From: an uncultured Acidobacteriaceae bacterium
GTDB taxonomy: Bacteria; Acidobacteriota; Terriglobia; Terriglobales; Acidobacteriaceae
Assembly (NCBI GenBank): GCA_963824325.1
Contig: CAWGPA010000001.1
Location: forward strand, 310,393 to 374,392
Length of the DNA stretch: 64,000 nt
Direction: 5' to 3'
Part shown: positions 36,234-43,786 of the stretch, in pieces
How the letters are laid out: each line of letters opens with the position of its first letter
How positions within the stretch are numbered: the first letter of the stretch is position 1
Notes under the pieces: model-generated
Seen by the model: the letters and a program-made list of their open reading frames with translations, nothing else
Told to the model about the DNA's origin: nothing
Database searches by the model: none
Made by a program: the position numbers and the translations under genes

Positions 36234-36622
36234 CGCTTCTCCTGCTTCCGCTCAATTAATTTGCGAATTTCCTTTAGTTCGTCGCCGGTTGCCGGCTCCA
36301 TCGTCAACGCGTGCATGGCTAGTTGCGTAGCGGAGCCAGAGAACAACCGCTCGCTCAAATCTCTTAAGAGCTGGCTCTGCGTATCTTCCTGGCTTGCGGT
36401 GGCGCGATACACATGGGCTCTGCCAACCTCGGTTCGTTGCACCAGACCCTTCTCAGTCATGATCTGCAGCAACTTCAACACCGTGGTGTACCCTAGCGCG
36501 CGTTCCTGGCTTACCGACTCATGAAGCTCGCGGACGGTAGCCGAGCCCTTGAGCCACAACACCCGAAGCAGCTCCAATTCCCCCTCGGTCGGCTTGGGTA
36601 AATTGCTTTGCCTGATCTTCAT
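36230..36622 (-). CDS. BlaI/MecI/CopY family transcriptional repressor
   Basis: Start set at the ATG at 36622 (MKIRQSNLPKPTEGELELLRVLWLKGSATVRELHESV...GYTTVLKLLQIMTEKGLV). Its stop overlaps the BlaR1 ATG (ATGA). Confidence 0.9.
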   Translation of the reverse strand: MKIRQSNLPKPTEGELELLRVLWLKGSATVRELHESVSQERALGYTTVLKLLQIMTEKGLVQRTEVGRAHVYRATASQEDTQSQLLRDLSERLFSGSATQLAMHALTMEPATGDELKEIRKLIERKQEKR

Positions 36623-36634
36623 GGAGGAACCATA

Positions 36635-36672
36635 TACGAAGTCCTTCGTAGCTGTCAACGAAGATCTTCGTA
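36635..36672. promoter_or_regulatory. two tandem 16-bp palindromes (candidate BlaI operators)
   Basis: TACGAAGTCCTTCGTA (36635-36650) and AACGAAGATCTTCGTA (36657-36672). Both contain ACGAAG-N2-CTTCGT and their centres are 22 bp apart. They begin 13 nt upstream of the blaI start, in the divergent region shared with the DinB gene. Confidence 0.6.
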
Positions 36673-36762
36673 GATGGTATCCAGGCTGTGTGACCGCACT
36701 TAGCACCCGGGATTCTTTCGCCGGTATACTTCCCACATCTATCGCCGAGCGAGGTTCTAACC

Positions 36763-37296
36763 ATGAGAAGACTGGCTTTCTTTCTATTGCTTGCCATACC
36801 AATGGCTGGTTCCGCCCAAAACAAGAAGCCGCCCACCACCCTTCGCGGCGTATTGCTGGAGCAACTGCACACCACCCACGACGTAGAAGATTGGTTTGTC
36901 CCAGCCAACGTTGCGGTGGCAGGCCTCACCGCCGAGCAGGCCAAATGGAGCCCCGGAAAAGGCAACCACTCCGTCGGCCAACTGGCCTACCATCTCTGGT
37001 TTTGGGATCAAAGCGCGCTGGCCCGCTTCAAAGGCGAGAAGGCCGCTCCCTTCGACGGAAACAACAACGAGACTTTCGACAATTTCACCTCTGCCCAATG
37101 GGACGACCTGGTGAAGAAGCTCAACCAGGTAATGACCGACTGGGAAAAGGCCGTCGAAACAGCCGATGACCAGAAGCTGGCCGAGAAAGCATCCCTCGTC
37201 GCCCATGTGGGAGCACATAACGCTTACCACATTGGCCAGATTCTTTACGTCCGCAAGCTGCAAGGTGTCTGGGATCCCAGCAAGGGTGTGAAGTAG
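36763..37296 (+). CDS. DinB-family (DinB_2-like) four-helix protein with signal peptide
   Basis: 177 aa. MRRLAFFLLLAIPMAGSAQ, then ...SVGQLAYHLWFWD...HVGAHNAYHIGQILYVRKLQG gives the His triad pattern of the DinB superfamily. Confidence 0.8.
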   Translation: MRRLAFFLLLAIPMAGSAQNKKPPTTLRGVLLEQLHTTHDVEDWFVPANVAVAGLTAEQAKWSPGKGNHSVGQLAYHLWFWDQSALARFKGEKAAPFDGNNNETFDNFTSAQWDDLVKKLNQVMTDWEKAVETADDQKLAEKASLVAHVGAHNAYHIGQILYVRKLQGVWDPSKGVK

Positions 37297-37345
37297 GCCA
37301 ACGGAGACGAGGCATCTGTTCCGACAGAAGAGAGAAAAGGCGGCC

Positions 37346-39112
37346 ATGTCGAAGACCGGGACAAGCATCACACGCAGAGCTTTGTTAAAGAAGGCCACAG
37401 TGCCTGCAGCGGGCGCTGTACTGCTTCATCAAAAAAGTTGGGCCCAGAATCCCGGAGGTACGCACGCTGCAGAGTCACGCCTTCATCTGCCAGTCCTCTC
37501 GCAACCTGACTTGGCGTTTGCATTTACCGGGGACGCCGAGCCGGACCGATACAACTTGTCGCGAGCAGGCAGTGGGTGGACCGGGAGCAGCCAGGCCGCC
37601 GGCGTGCGTGTCGACTTTCTTCCCGGGGCACGGCAGGCGGAAGTCTCGCTCGAGTCTCCCACTCTCCCCGTGCAGCGGATTCATCTTCGCTGGAAGGGTC
37701 AATTCCCTGCTGACGTTCTTGCTCTCGGCGACGCCTGGGAGAGGAGCTATGGCGATCTTGCGTGGCGGCCATTGCAGGCGGAACGTGCGCTGCCTTGGTA
37801 CGCGATGCTCCACTCGAAGGAACAAACCGTCGGCATGGGCGTCAAGACGGGGGCCGCATCCTTCGCTTTCTGGCAGGTGGACCCCTCGGGGATATCGCTC
37901 TGGCTCGACGTCCGCAATGGAAGCAATGGCGTGCAGTTGGGCGACCGTAAACTGCAAATGGCTACGATCGTGACACACATCGGTGGGGGGGGAGAAAGCG
38001 CCTTCACCGCCACGCAACGCTTGTGCCGTGCGATGACCGAGGGAACGAAGATTCCCGGCAAACGGGGTGTCACTTCCGTCGATGTGATTTACGGAAGCAA
38101 CGACTGGTATTACGCCTACGGCAAAAATACGCCAGAGGGAATTCTGCGCGATGCAGACCTGGTAAGGTCTCTCGCGCCGGCGACAGGCGACAAGCCATTT
38201 ACCGTTATTGACGATGGATATCAGGATAAGTCTCGTTTCCCCAGCCTGCAAAAACTGGCTGCAGAGATCCGCAGCCGTGAGGTCATCCCTGGGATCTGGA
38301 TCCGGCCTTTACGCGCTGCGGCGAACACCAGCAGCACACTCCTGCTCCCGGCCGAACGCTGGAAGGGACCCAGCAGCGAGCAGCCCCCTCTGGCATACGA
38401 TCCGACCATTCCAGAAGCGCTCGAAGCCGCCGCGGCAGTGGCAGGGGAGGCGTGCGCATGGGGCTTTGACCTGATCAAGCATGACTTCACCACCTTCGAA
38501 CTGCTGGGCCAGTGGGGCAGCCAAATGGGGGCTTCCCCGACCCAAGGGAATTGGCATTTCAACGATCGCACGCTCACCAACGCTGAAATCGTAACCGTGT
38601 TATATCGGCGTCTGCGTGCAAGCTGCGGAGAAGAGCGCGTCATCCTTGGCTGCAACACCGTCGGCCACCTGTCGGTGGGAATATTCGATGCCTCGCGTAC
38701 CGGGGACGACGTCAGCGGAAAAGAGTGGGAGAGGACCCGCCGCCTGGGCGTTAACACACTCGCCTTTCGCATGCCGCAGCACAAGGTGTTTTACTCGCTC
38801 GATGCCGACTGTGTCCCCCTCACCCCAGACGTGCCCTGGTCCATGAGCCGGCAATGGCTAGAGGTGGTGGCAAATAGCGGCAGCGTACTGCTGGTCTCAC
38901 CCGATCCCAGGGCAATCGGCAAGCCGCAGCGAGACGCCCTACGCGAAGCGTTTGCACGCTGCGTTCATAAGCCCAGCAGTGAACCCCTGGATTGGATCGA
39001 AACCCGTACGCCCCATACCTGGCGCTCTTCAGCTCAACCGTCCAACTACGACTGGATATTGGAAGAAGGAGAGAGTCCGTTTCCTATCGGAATACAGCGC
39101 GGACCTGATTAG
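37346..39112 (+). CDS. TAT-exported putative glycoside hydrolase (alpha-galactosidase/melibiase-like TIM barrel)
   Basis: 588 aa with a twin-arginine signal (ITRRALLKKATVPAAGAVLL). FTVIDDGYQD and DLIKHDFTT resemble the DDGW and KxD blocks of the GH27/36 clan. The functional call is tentative. Confidence 0.5.
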   Translation: MSKTGTSITRRALLKKATVPAAGAVLLHQKSWAQNPGGTHAAESRLHLPVLSQPDLAFAFTGDAEPDRYNLSRAGSGWTGSSQAAGVRVDFLPGARQAEVSLESPTLPVQRIHLRWKGQFPADVLALGDAWERSYGDLAWRPLQAERALPWYAMLHSKEQTVGMGVKTGAASFAFWQVDPSGISLWLDVRNGSNGVQLGDRKLQMATIVTHIGGGGESAFTATQRLCRAMTEGTKIPGKRGVTSVDVIYGSNDWYYAYGKNTPEGILRDADLVRSLAPATGDKPFTVIDDGYQDKSRFPSLQKLAAEIRSREVIPGIWIRPLRAAANTSSTLLLPAERWKGPSSEQPPLAYDPTIPEALEAAAAVAGEACAWGFDLIKHDFTTFELLGQWGSQMGASPTQGNWHFNDRTLTNAEIVTVLYRRLRASCGEERVILGCNTVGHLSVGIFDASRTGDDVSGKEWERTRRLGVNTLAFRMPQHKVFYSLDADCVPLTPDVPWSMSRQWLEVVANSGSVLLVSPDPRAIGKPQRDALREAFARCVHKPSSEPLDWIETRTPHTWRSSAQPSNYDWILEEGESPFPIGIQRGPD

Positions 39113-39353
39113 GATCGGCGAATGATATCCGGTCAGATTTTGCCCGTGGGCCGGAGCGAAAGGTCGCGGTGTGCGTGAAGCAACCGGTCGTGAGCAGGTT
39201 TCTGTTGGCGTCATAGTTGACGACGACGCCGGCCACCCGCGGAGCGGCCACCGCCCAGCCTAAGCTTGGACGCAGCAGGATCGCAGCGTCTGCTGTCTTT
39301 GCCACCGTGGAGAGAAACTGCCGTCTTGAGCCGCCGGTCTGAAACTCCATCAA
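39084..39353 (-). CDS. small hypothetical protein with TAT-like signal (possible gene remnant)
   Basis: 89-aa ORF. ATG preceded by ggagga. SRRQFLSTVAKTADAAILL. It overlaps the 3-prime end of the convergent hydrolase gene by 29 nt. Confidence 0.35.
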   Translation of the reverse strand: MMEFQTGGSRRQFLSTVAKTADAAILLRPSLGWAVAAPRVAGVVVNYDANRNLLTTGCFTHTATFRSGPRAKSDRISFADPNQVRAVFR

Positions 39354-39371
39354 AGGTCCTCCATCAACGTT

Positions 39372-40034
39372 TCAGCTGCGCTCTGAGCCGGGGGTAACCA
39401 CATAGGGAGTTGCTTTCATGGCAGCACCTATGCCCTCGAAACCTCGATCGATAAGGTTCAGAAATACGAATCTCACCTCCCTGCTGCTTCTTCCCTTACG
39501 CTGTAGACGAAGCGCTTCAGCATATGCCGCGCTCCACGTCGCCATAAGCAATGAGGCAAACAGATGTGCCTCTGGATCAGGATGAGGCCGGCCAACAGCA
39601 TCCGCAAGCATCTTTGCGCAATCCCTTACAAACTCATCACGCAGCTCGCGTATGCGCGCTGACAATGCGGGGCTCTGCATAACCGTGTGACAAAAACGCG
39701 CTGTGCCAGACGTAAACTTGGCGAAGGGATGCTTCTGTTTCAGAAGTCGATGGGCCAGGTTTTGCATCGCGACCGCTGGCGACTCATTCTGGGAACGTTG
39801 CGCGAGCGCTTCACGAAACATCTCCCTACCTTCGTCTTCACGATCGAAAAACAGGTCCTCCTTGCGTGGAAAGTAATTAAACACGGTCATTTTCGCAACG
39901 TTGGCCGCTTCAGCGATCTCGGAAACAGTTACGTTGTCAAAGCCACGTTCCAAAAACAAACCAGTGGCTATATCAGATATGGCTTGCCTGGTTGCCAGTT
40001 TTTTGCGTTCCCGCAAACCTTTTTCGCTGGGCAT
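39372..40034 (-). CDS. TetR/AcrR family transcriptional regulator
   Basis: 220 aa. RERKKLATRQAISDIATGLFLERGFDNVTVSEIAEAANVAKMTVFNYFPRKEDL is the TetR HTH. Confidence 0.9.
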   Translation of the reverse strand: MPSEKGLRERKKLATRQAISDIATGLFLERGFDNVTVSEIAEAANVAKMTVFNYFPRKEDLFFDREDEGREMFREALAQRSQNESPAVAMQNLAHRLLKQKHPFAKFTSGTARFCHTVMQSPALSARIRELRDEFVRDCAKMLADAVGRPHPDPEAHLFASLLMATWSAAYAEALRLQRKGRSSREVRFVFLNLIDRGFEGIGAAMKATPYVVTPGSERS

Positions 40035-40057
40035 TCATAAAAGTATACCGATAATAA

Positions 40058-40085
40058 ATTTGTACCGAGTACAAATCTTGTACAA
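40058..40085. promoter_or_regulatory. candidate TetR operator: ATTTGTAC-N3-GTACAAAT followed by TTGTACAA
   Basis: atttgtaccgagtacaaat (40058-40076) is a perfect 8-bp inverted repeat. ttgtacaa (40078-40085) is self-complementary. Both lie in the 61-bp divergent TetR/monooxygenase spacer. Confidence 0.55.
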
Positions 40086-40095
40086 TTCACTCGTT

Positions 40096-41571
40096 ATGGT
40101 TAATGGAACAGCGGATGTCGTCATTGTCGGGGCTGGCCCGACCGGTCTAATGCTGGCTATCGAAATTGTCCTCGGTGGCGCTACGGTAATTGTTCTCGAT
40201 CGTTTAGCCGAACCGGATGAGACGATCAAAGCCGGTTCGATCGGCGCGCTCGGCGCCGAAGCACTCGAGCGTCGCGGCATGGGGCCCGCAATTGAAGCAG
40301 AGGAGCGCGTCGTTACCGAGGCGATGGCCGCGATGATGAAGTCGAGCGGCTCACCTACCGGTCCACCGCCCTGGCAAAAGATTGGTGGCCATTTCGCGGG
40401 GTTGTTTCTCATTGATCAGACGCGCCAACGGGAACCGGAACGGAGACTGCGTGGTGTAAGACAGCAGGCTCTCGAAAGAATGCTCGGCGAACGTGCGCTG
40501 GAAGTTGGCATCGAGGTAAAACGGGGATGGGAGGTCACTGATTTTTCCGAACATGCCGAAGGAATCACGGTGAAGGGCCGCAGTTCGAGCGAAGCCTTAA
40601 GTGTGAATTGCACTTTCCTGGTGGGATGTGACGGCGGACGCAGCATGATACGAAAACGTGCTGGGTTCGACTTTCCGGGTACTGACCCTACCCTTACGGG
40701 ACACCAGGCGATGGTTAACCTTGATCATCCCGAGCGTCTCTTGCCTCTCGGCTGGCGCAGAACAGCAAAGGGCATGCTCGCTTATGGCCCGGGACCTGGC
40801 CGCGTATTCACTGTGGAGTTCGACGGGCCTCCCGCAGATCGTGAGACAGCCGTTACGATCGAAGAGGTGCAATGCAGTCTGCGCAACGTCAGTGGCGCGG
40901 ATGTAACAGTGACAGGTATGCTGTCTGCCACGCGGTTTACTGACAATGCCAGGCAAGTTTCTGCCTATCGCAAAGGCCGTGTGCTCCTGGCAGGTGACGC
41001 GGCCCACGTGCATTCCCCATTTGGAGGCCAGGGCCTGAATCTTGGTCTTCTCGACGCAGTCAATCTGGGTTGGAAACTTGTTGCTGTCGTACGCGGGACA
41101 CTTCCGGAAGAAGTGCTTGATACATACACTGCAGAACGTCATCCAGTTGGCGCACGCGTTCTAGCCAACACTCGTGCGCAAGTTGCACTCATGCGGCCGG
41201 ATGCCCTGACAACGGAACTTCGGGAAGTTGTTGCGGGCCTCATGAAGACGGACGACGGAAATCGTTTCTTCGGAGAGATGATGAGCGGCATCACAACCCG
41301 CTACGATCTTGGTGATGAGCATCCGCTGGTGGGCAGGTTGTGTGGCAATCTCACCCTCTCTATCAACGGCGCCGAAACAAAGTTGTTCACGCTGATGCTG
41401 CAGGGGAATGGATTGCTCATCGACGCAACAAATGGAACTGTGTCAAGAATCGCAGAGGGATGGGCATCTCGCGTCCATTGCGTTCAGGTTCGAGGAAGGA
41501 ACAACAATGCTGCTTCGTCCCGACGCTTGTATTGCCTGGGTGGGCGATGGCAATCATCACAATGGGCTTGA
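40096..41571 (+). CDS. group-A FAD-dependent monooxygenase (Rox/rifampin-monooxygenase-like); C-terminus displaced by a frameshift, intact reading would end at 41626
   Basis: ATG at 40096 (MVNGTADVVIVGAGPTGLMLA, GxGxxG), plus CDGGRSMIRK and LAGDAAHVHSPFGGQGLNLGLLDAVNLGWKL. The canonical C-terminal block LLRPDACIAWVGDG...LRQWFG is encoded in the next frame (ORF 41408..41626). Confidence 0.85.
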   Translation: MVNGTADVVIVGAGPTGLMLAIEIVLGGATVIVLDRLAEPDETIKAGSIGALGAEALERRGMGPAIEAEERVVTEAMAAMMKSSGSPTGPPPWQKIGGHFAGLFLIDQTRQREPERRLRGVRQQALERMLGERALEVGIEVKRGWEVTDFSEHAEGITVKGRSSSEALSVNCTFLVGCDGGRSMIRKRAGFDFPGTDPTLTGHQAMVNLDHPERLLPLGWRRTAKGMLAYGPGPGRVFTVEFDGPPADRETAVTIEEVQCSLRNVSGADVTVTGMLSATRFTDNARQVSAYRKGRVLLAGDAAHVHSPFGGQGLNLGLLDAVNLGWKLVAVVRGTLPEEVLDTYTAERHPVGARVLANTRAQVALMRPDALTTELREVVAGLMKTDDGNRFFGEMMSGITTRYDLGDEHPLVGRLCGNLTLSINGAETKLFTLMLQGNGLLIDATNGTVSRIAEGWASRVHCVQVRGRNNNAASSRRLYCLGGRWQSSQWA

Positions 41572-41699
41572 ACCTACCCTCAGACAATGGTTTGGAGATC
41601 CTGGGGCCGAGACTGCATTGAACTGATCGCGGCATACGCCGTAGCTGCCTATTCGGCTCGCAGAGCCATCTGGGCCATGGCGTTACTGCTCCTAAGCTC

Positions 41700-42242
41700 G
41701 TGTTTGCTCCAGACCCGGAATTTACAGCCGAGGCACGTCGCAAGCGGTTGCAAGGTGTGGTGGTGGTAGCCTTGACAGTCGATGTCGCAGGAAACACTCA
41801 AGACGTTCGCGTTGCCCGTTCCATGGCGGAGGACGTAAGCAAGAAGGATAAGCAGACCGCGGTGGGCCTTGACGAAAAGGCAGTGGAGGCTGTGACGCAA
41901 TATAGGTTTCAGGCGGGACAGTTTCAGGGGAAGCCGGTTCCGGTGGAGATTGAGGTCAATGTAAATTGTCGAAATCTACCGAACCCCACGGAACCCCGTA
42001 GAAATAGGACGGGGGCCCCACATTCTAATCGGGTTCGATTTACTTTGAGGAGCGTTCATGCGCCGGATCATTGCTACCTTTGTCTCCGCTCTCGCCGTTG
42101 CAACAGCCTGCGCACAAAGCGGCGTTCCCGCAAAAGAGTTGCCGGGATTCCAGGCGATCCAGCAATCCGACCTGCGCCGCGATTTGACTTACATCAGCTC
42201 GAACGAGCTTGGCGGCCGCTTGAGCCTCCAGCCTGGAGATGA
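41700..42242 (+). pseudogene. stand-alone TonB C-terminal-domain fragment (no signal/TM, reads into next gene)
   Basis: APKLVFAPDPEFTAEARRKRLQGVVVVALTVDVAGNTQDVRVARS...GLDEKAVEAVTQYRFQAGQFQGKPVPVEIEVNV is a TonB_C pattern. Upstream in frame there is a stop at 41619 and no hydrophobic leader. The ORF runs 185 nt into the M28 gene. Confidence 0.45.
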
Positions 42243-43758
42243 ACTCGCTACCCGCTGGATTGCCAGCCAGTTCGCTAAAGCCGGCCTACAGGCGCCGGTG
42301 AAAGAGGCGGACGGCAAGCTCGGCTATCTGCAGCCCTTCACACTCATTGAGTATCACCCCGATCGTGATGCTTCTTCCCTGACGCTCACGCGTGCCGGCA
42401 AGACGACGGTCTGGCGTACCCCCGAGGTGGTGGGGGCTTACAAGCATGCGGTGGATCTTACCGCGCCCGTCCTCTTTGCCGGCTTCGGCATCACCGCGCC
42501 GGAGCTTGGCTACGATGACTACTCCACCATCGATGCCCGCGGCAAAATCGTGCTTATCTTTGACCATGAGCCGCAGGAGGATGATCCCCGCTCGATTTTC
42601 AACGGAACCGGAAACACGCGCTACGCCACCGCCCGGGTGAAGGTCATGAATGCGCAGGCTCATGGGGCCGTGGCTGTCGTGATCGTGGCTGAACCAAACC
42701 GCAAGCACCTTACCACCGCGGAGCGCGTTGCGCGCATCGGCTCCAGCGCCGTGCGGCCCGTGCCCTTGCCGCTCCAGGCCATCCGGGATGACGAGGTGCA
42801 TATCCCATCGGCAATGGTGCTGGATGCTGTGGCTGCTGAGCTGTTCGCGAGCGCGGGTATCACTCCGAGCGCTGCGCAAACAGCAATCGATCGCGACCTT
42901 AAACCGCAATCACGACCTTTGTCAGACACCACGCTTAGCCTCCACTTGCGCAACAGCTCGGAGCGCACCGGGGTTACGAACAACGTGGCGGCTCTGCTGC
43001 CGGGTAGCGATCCGCGGCTAGCGCCCGAAACTATCCTGATCACGGCGCACCATGATCACGATGGCATGGCTGCGTGCGCTGACCCTGCGCATCCGCCCAC
43101 CAGCACACCCCCCGACCCGCATCCGTGCCCGCAGATATGGCATGGCGCGGATGACAACGGTTCAGGCACCGTAGGCGTGGTCGAGTTGGCGCGCGCCTTC
43201 GCCGCTAACCCCACCAAGCCTAAGCGATCGATCCTATTTGTCGTCTTCGCCAGCGAGGAGCGCGGCCTTCTTGGCGCTTATTGGATGGCCGCCCATCCCC
43301 TGCGTCCGCTCGCCACCACGCGCGCGCAGATCAACTTCGACATGATCGGCCGGGACGAGGCGCCCAGCCCGCAAACTGACGGACTCATCAAGATCCCAGG
43401 CGATACCACCAACCGGCTCAACCTGATCGGCGCCCTCTACTCGCCTGATTATGACCGGACAGTCAAGGAGCAGAACAAGCTAGTTGGCCTGACGCTCGAT
43501 GACCGGTTCGACCACGAGTCCGCCCTGAACGTGTTCTTCCGCTCCGACCAGTTCCCTTTCGTGCTGCATAACATCCCGGCCTTCTGGTGGTTCACCGGGT
43601 TCCATCCCGACTATCACCACACAACCGATACAGTCGACAAGATCGATTTCTCAAAGATGCAGAAGATACTCGATCTCGCATATCTCGCCGCCTGGCGGTT
43701 CGCCACCGAGCCTACACCACCGCGGTTTGTACCTAATCCATCGGGTGGTGGTAAGTAG
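42058..43758 (+). CDS. exported M28 family metallopeptidase with PA domain
   Basis: 566 aa. ATG after gaggag and signal peptide MRRIIATFVSALAVATACAQ. HGADDNGSGTVGVVELARAF, FVVFASEERGLLGAYW and HTTDT are M28 zinc-ligand blocks. Confidence 0.85.
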   Translation: MRRIIATFVSALAVATACAQSGVPAKELPGFQAIQQSDLRRDLTYISSNELGGRLSLQPGDELATRWIASQFAKAGLQAPVKEADGKLGYLQPFTLIEYHPDRDASSLTLTRAGKTTVWRTPEVVGAYKHAVDLTAPVLFAGFGITAPELGYDDYSTIDARGKIVLIFDHEPQEDDPRSIFNGTGNTRYATARVKVMNAQAHGAVAVVIVAEPNRKHLTTAERVARIGSSAVRPVPLPLQAIRDDEVHIPSAMVLDAVAAELFASAGITPSAAQTAIDRDLKPQSRPLSDTTLSLHLRNSSERTGVTNNVAALLPGSDPRLAPETILITAHHDHDGMAACADPAHPPTSTPPDPHPCPQIWHGADDNGSGTVGVVELARAFAANPTKPKRSILFVVFASEERGLLGAYWMAAHPLRPLATTRAQINFDMIGRDEAPSPQTDGLIKIPGDTTNRLNLIGALYSPDYDRTVKEQNKLVGLTLDDRFDHESALNVFFRSDQFPFVLHNIPAFWWFTGFHPDYHHTTDTVDKIDFSKMQKILDLAYLAAWRFATEPTPPRFVPNPSGGGK

Positions 43759-43786
43759 TGTGAAAAGCCGCCCTATCGCTGCTGAC

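Noticed and set aside
41587-41769. Signal-peptide-looking translation (AIWAMALLLLSSCLLQ) that might supply an N-terminus or lipobox for the TonB_C fragment
   Set aside because: It is encoded by the same nucleotides as the start of the TonB_C domain in a different frame, so it cannot be joined to it by a simple frameshift. Most likely coincidental.
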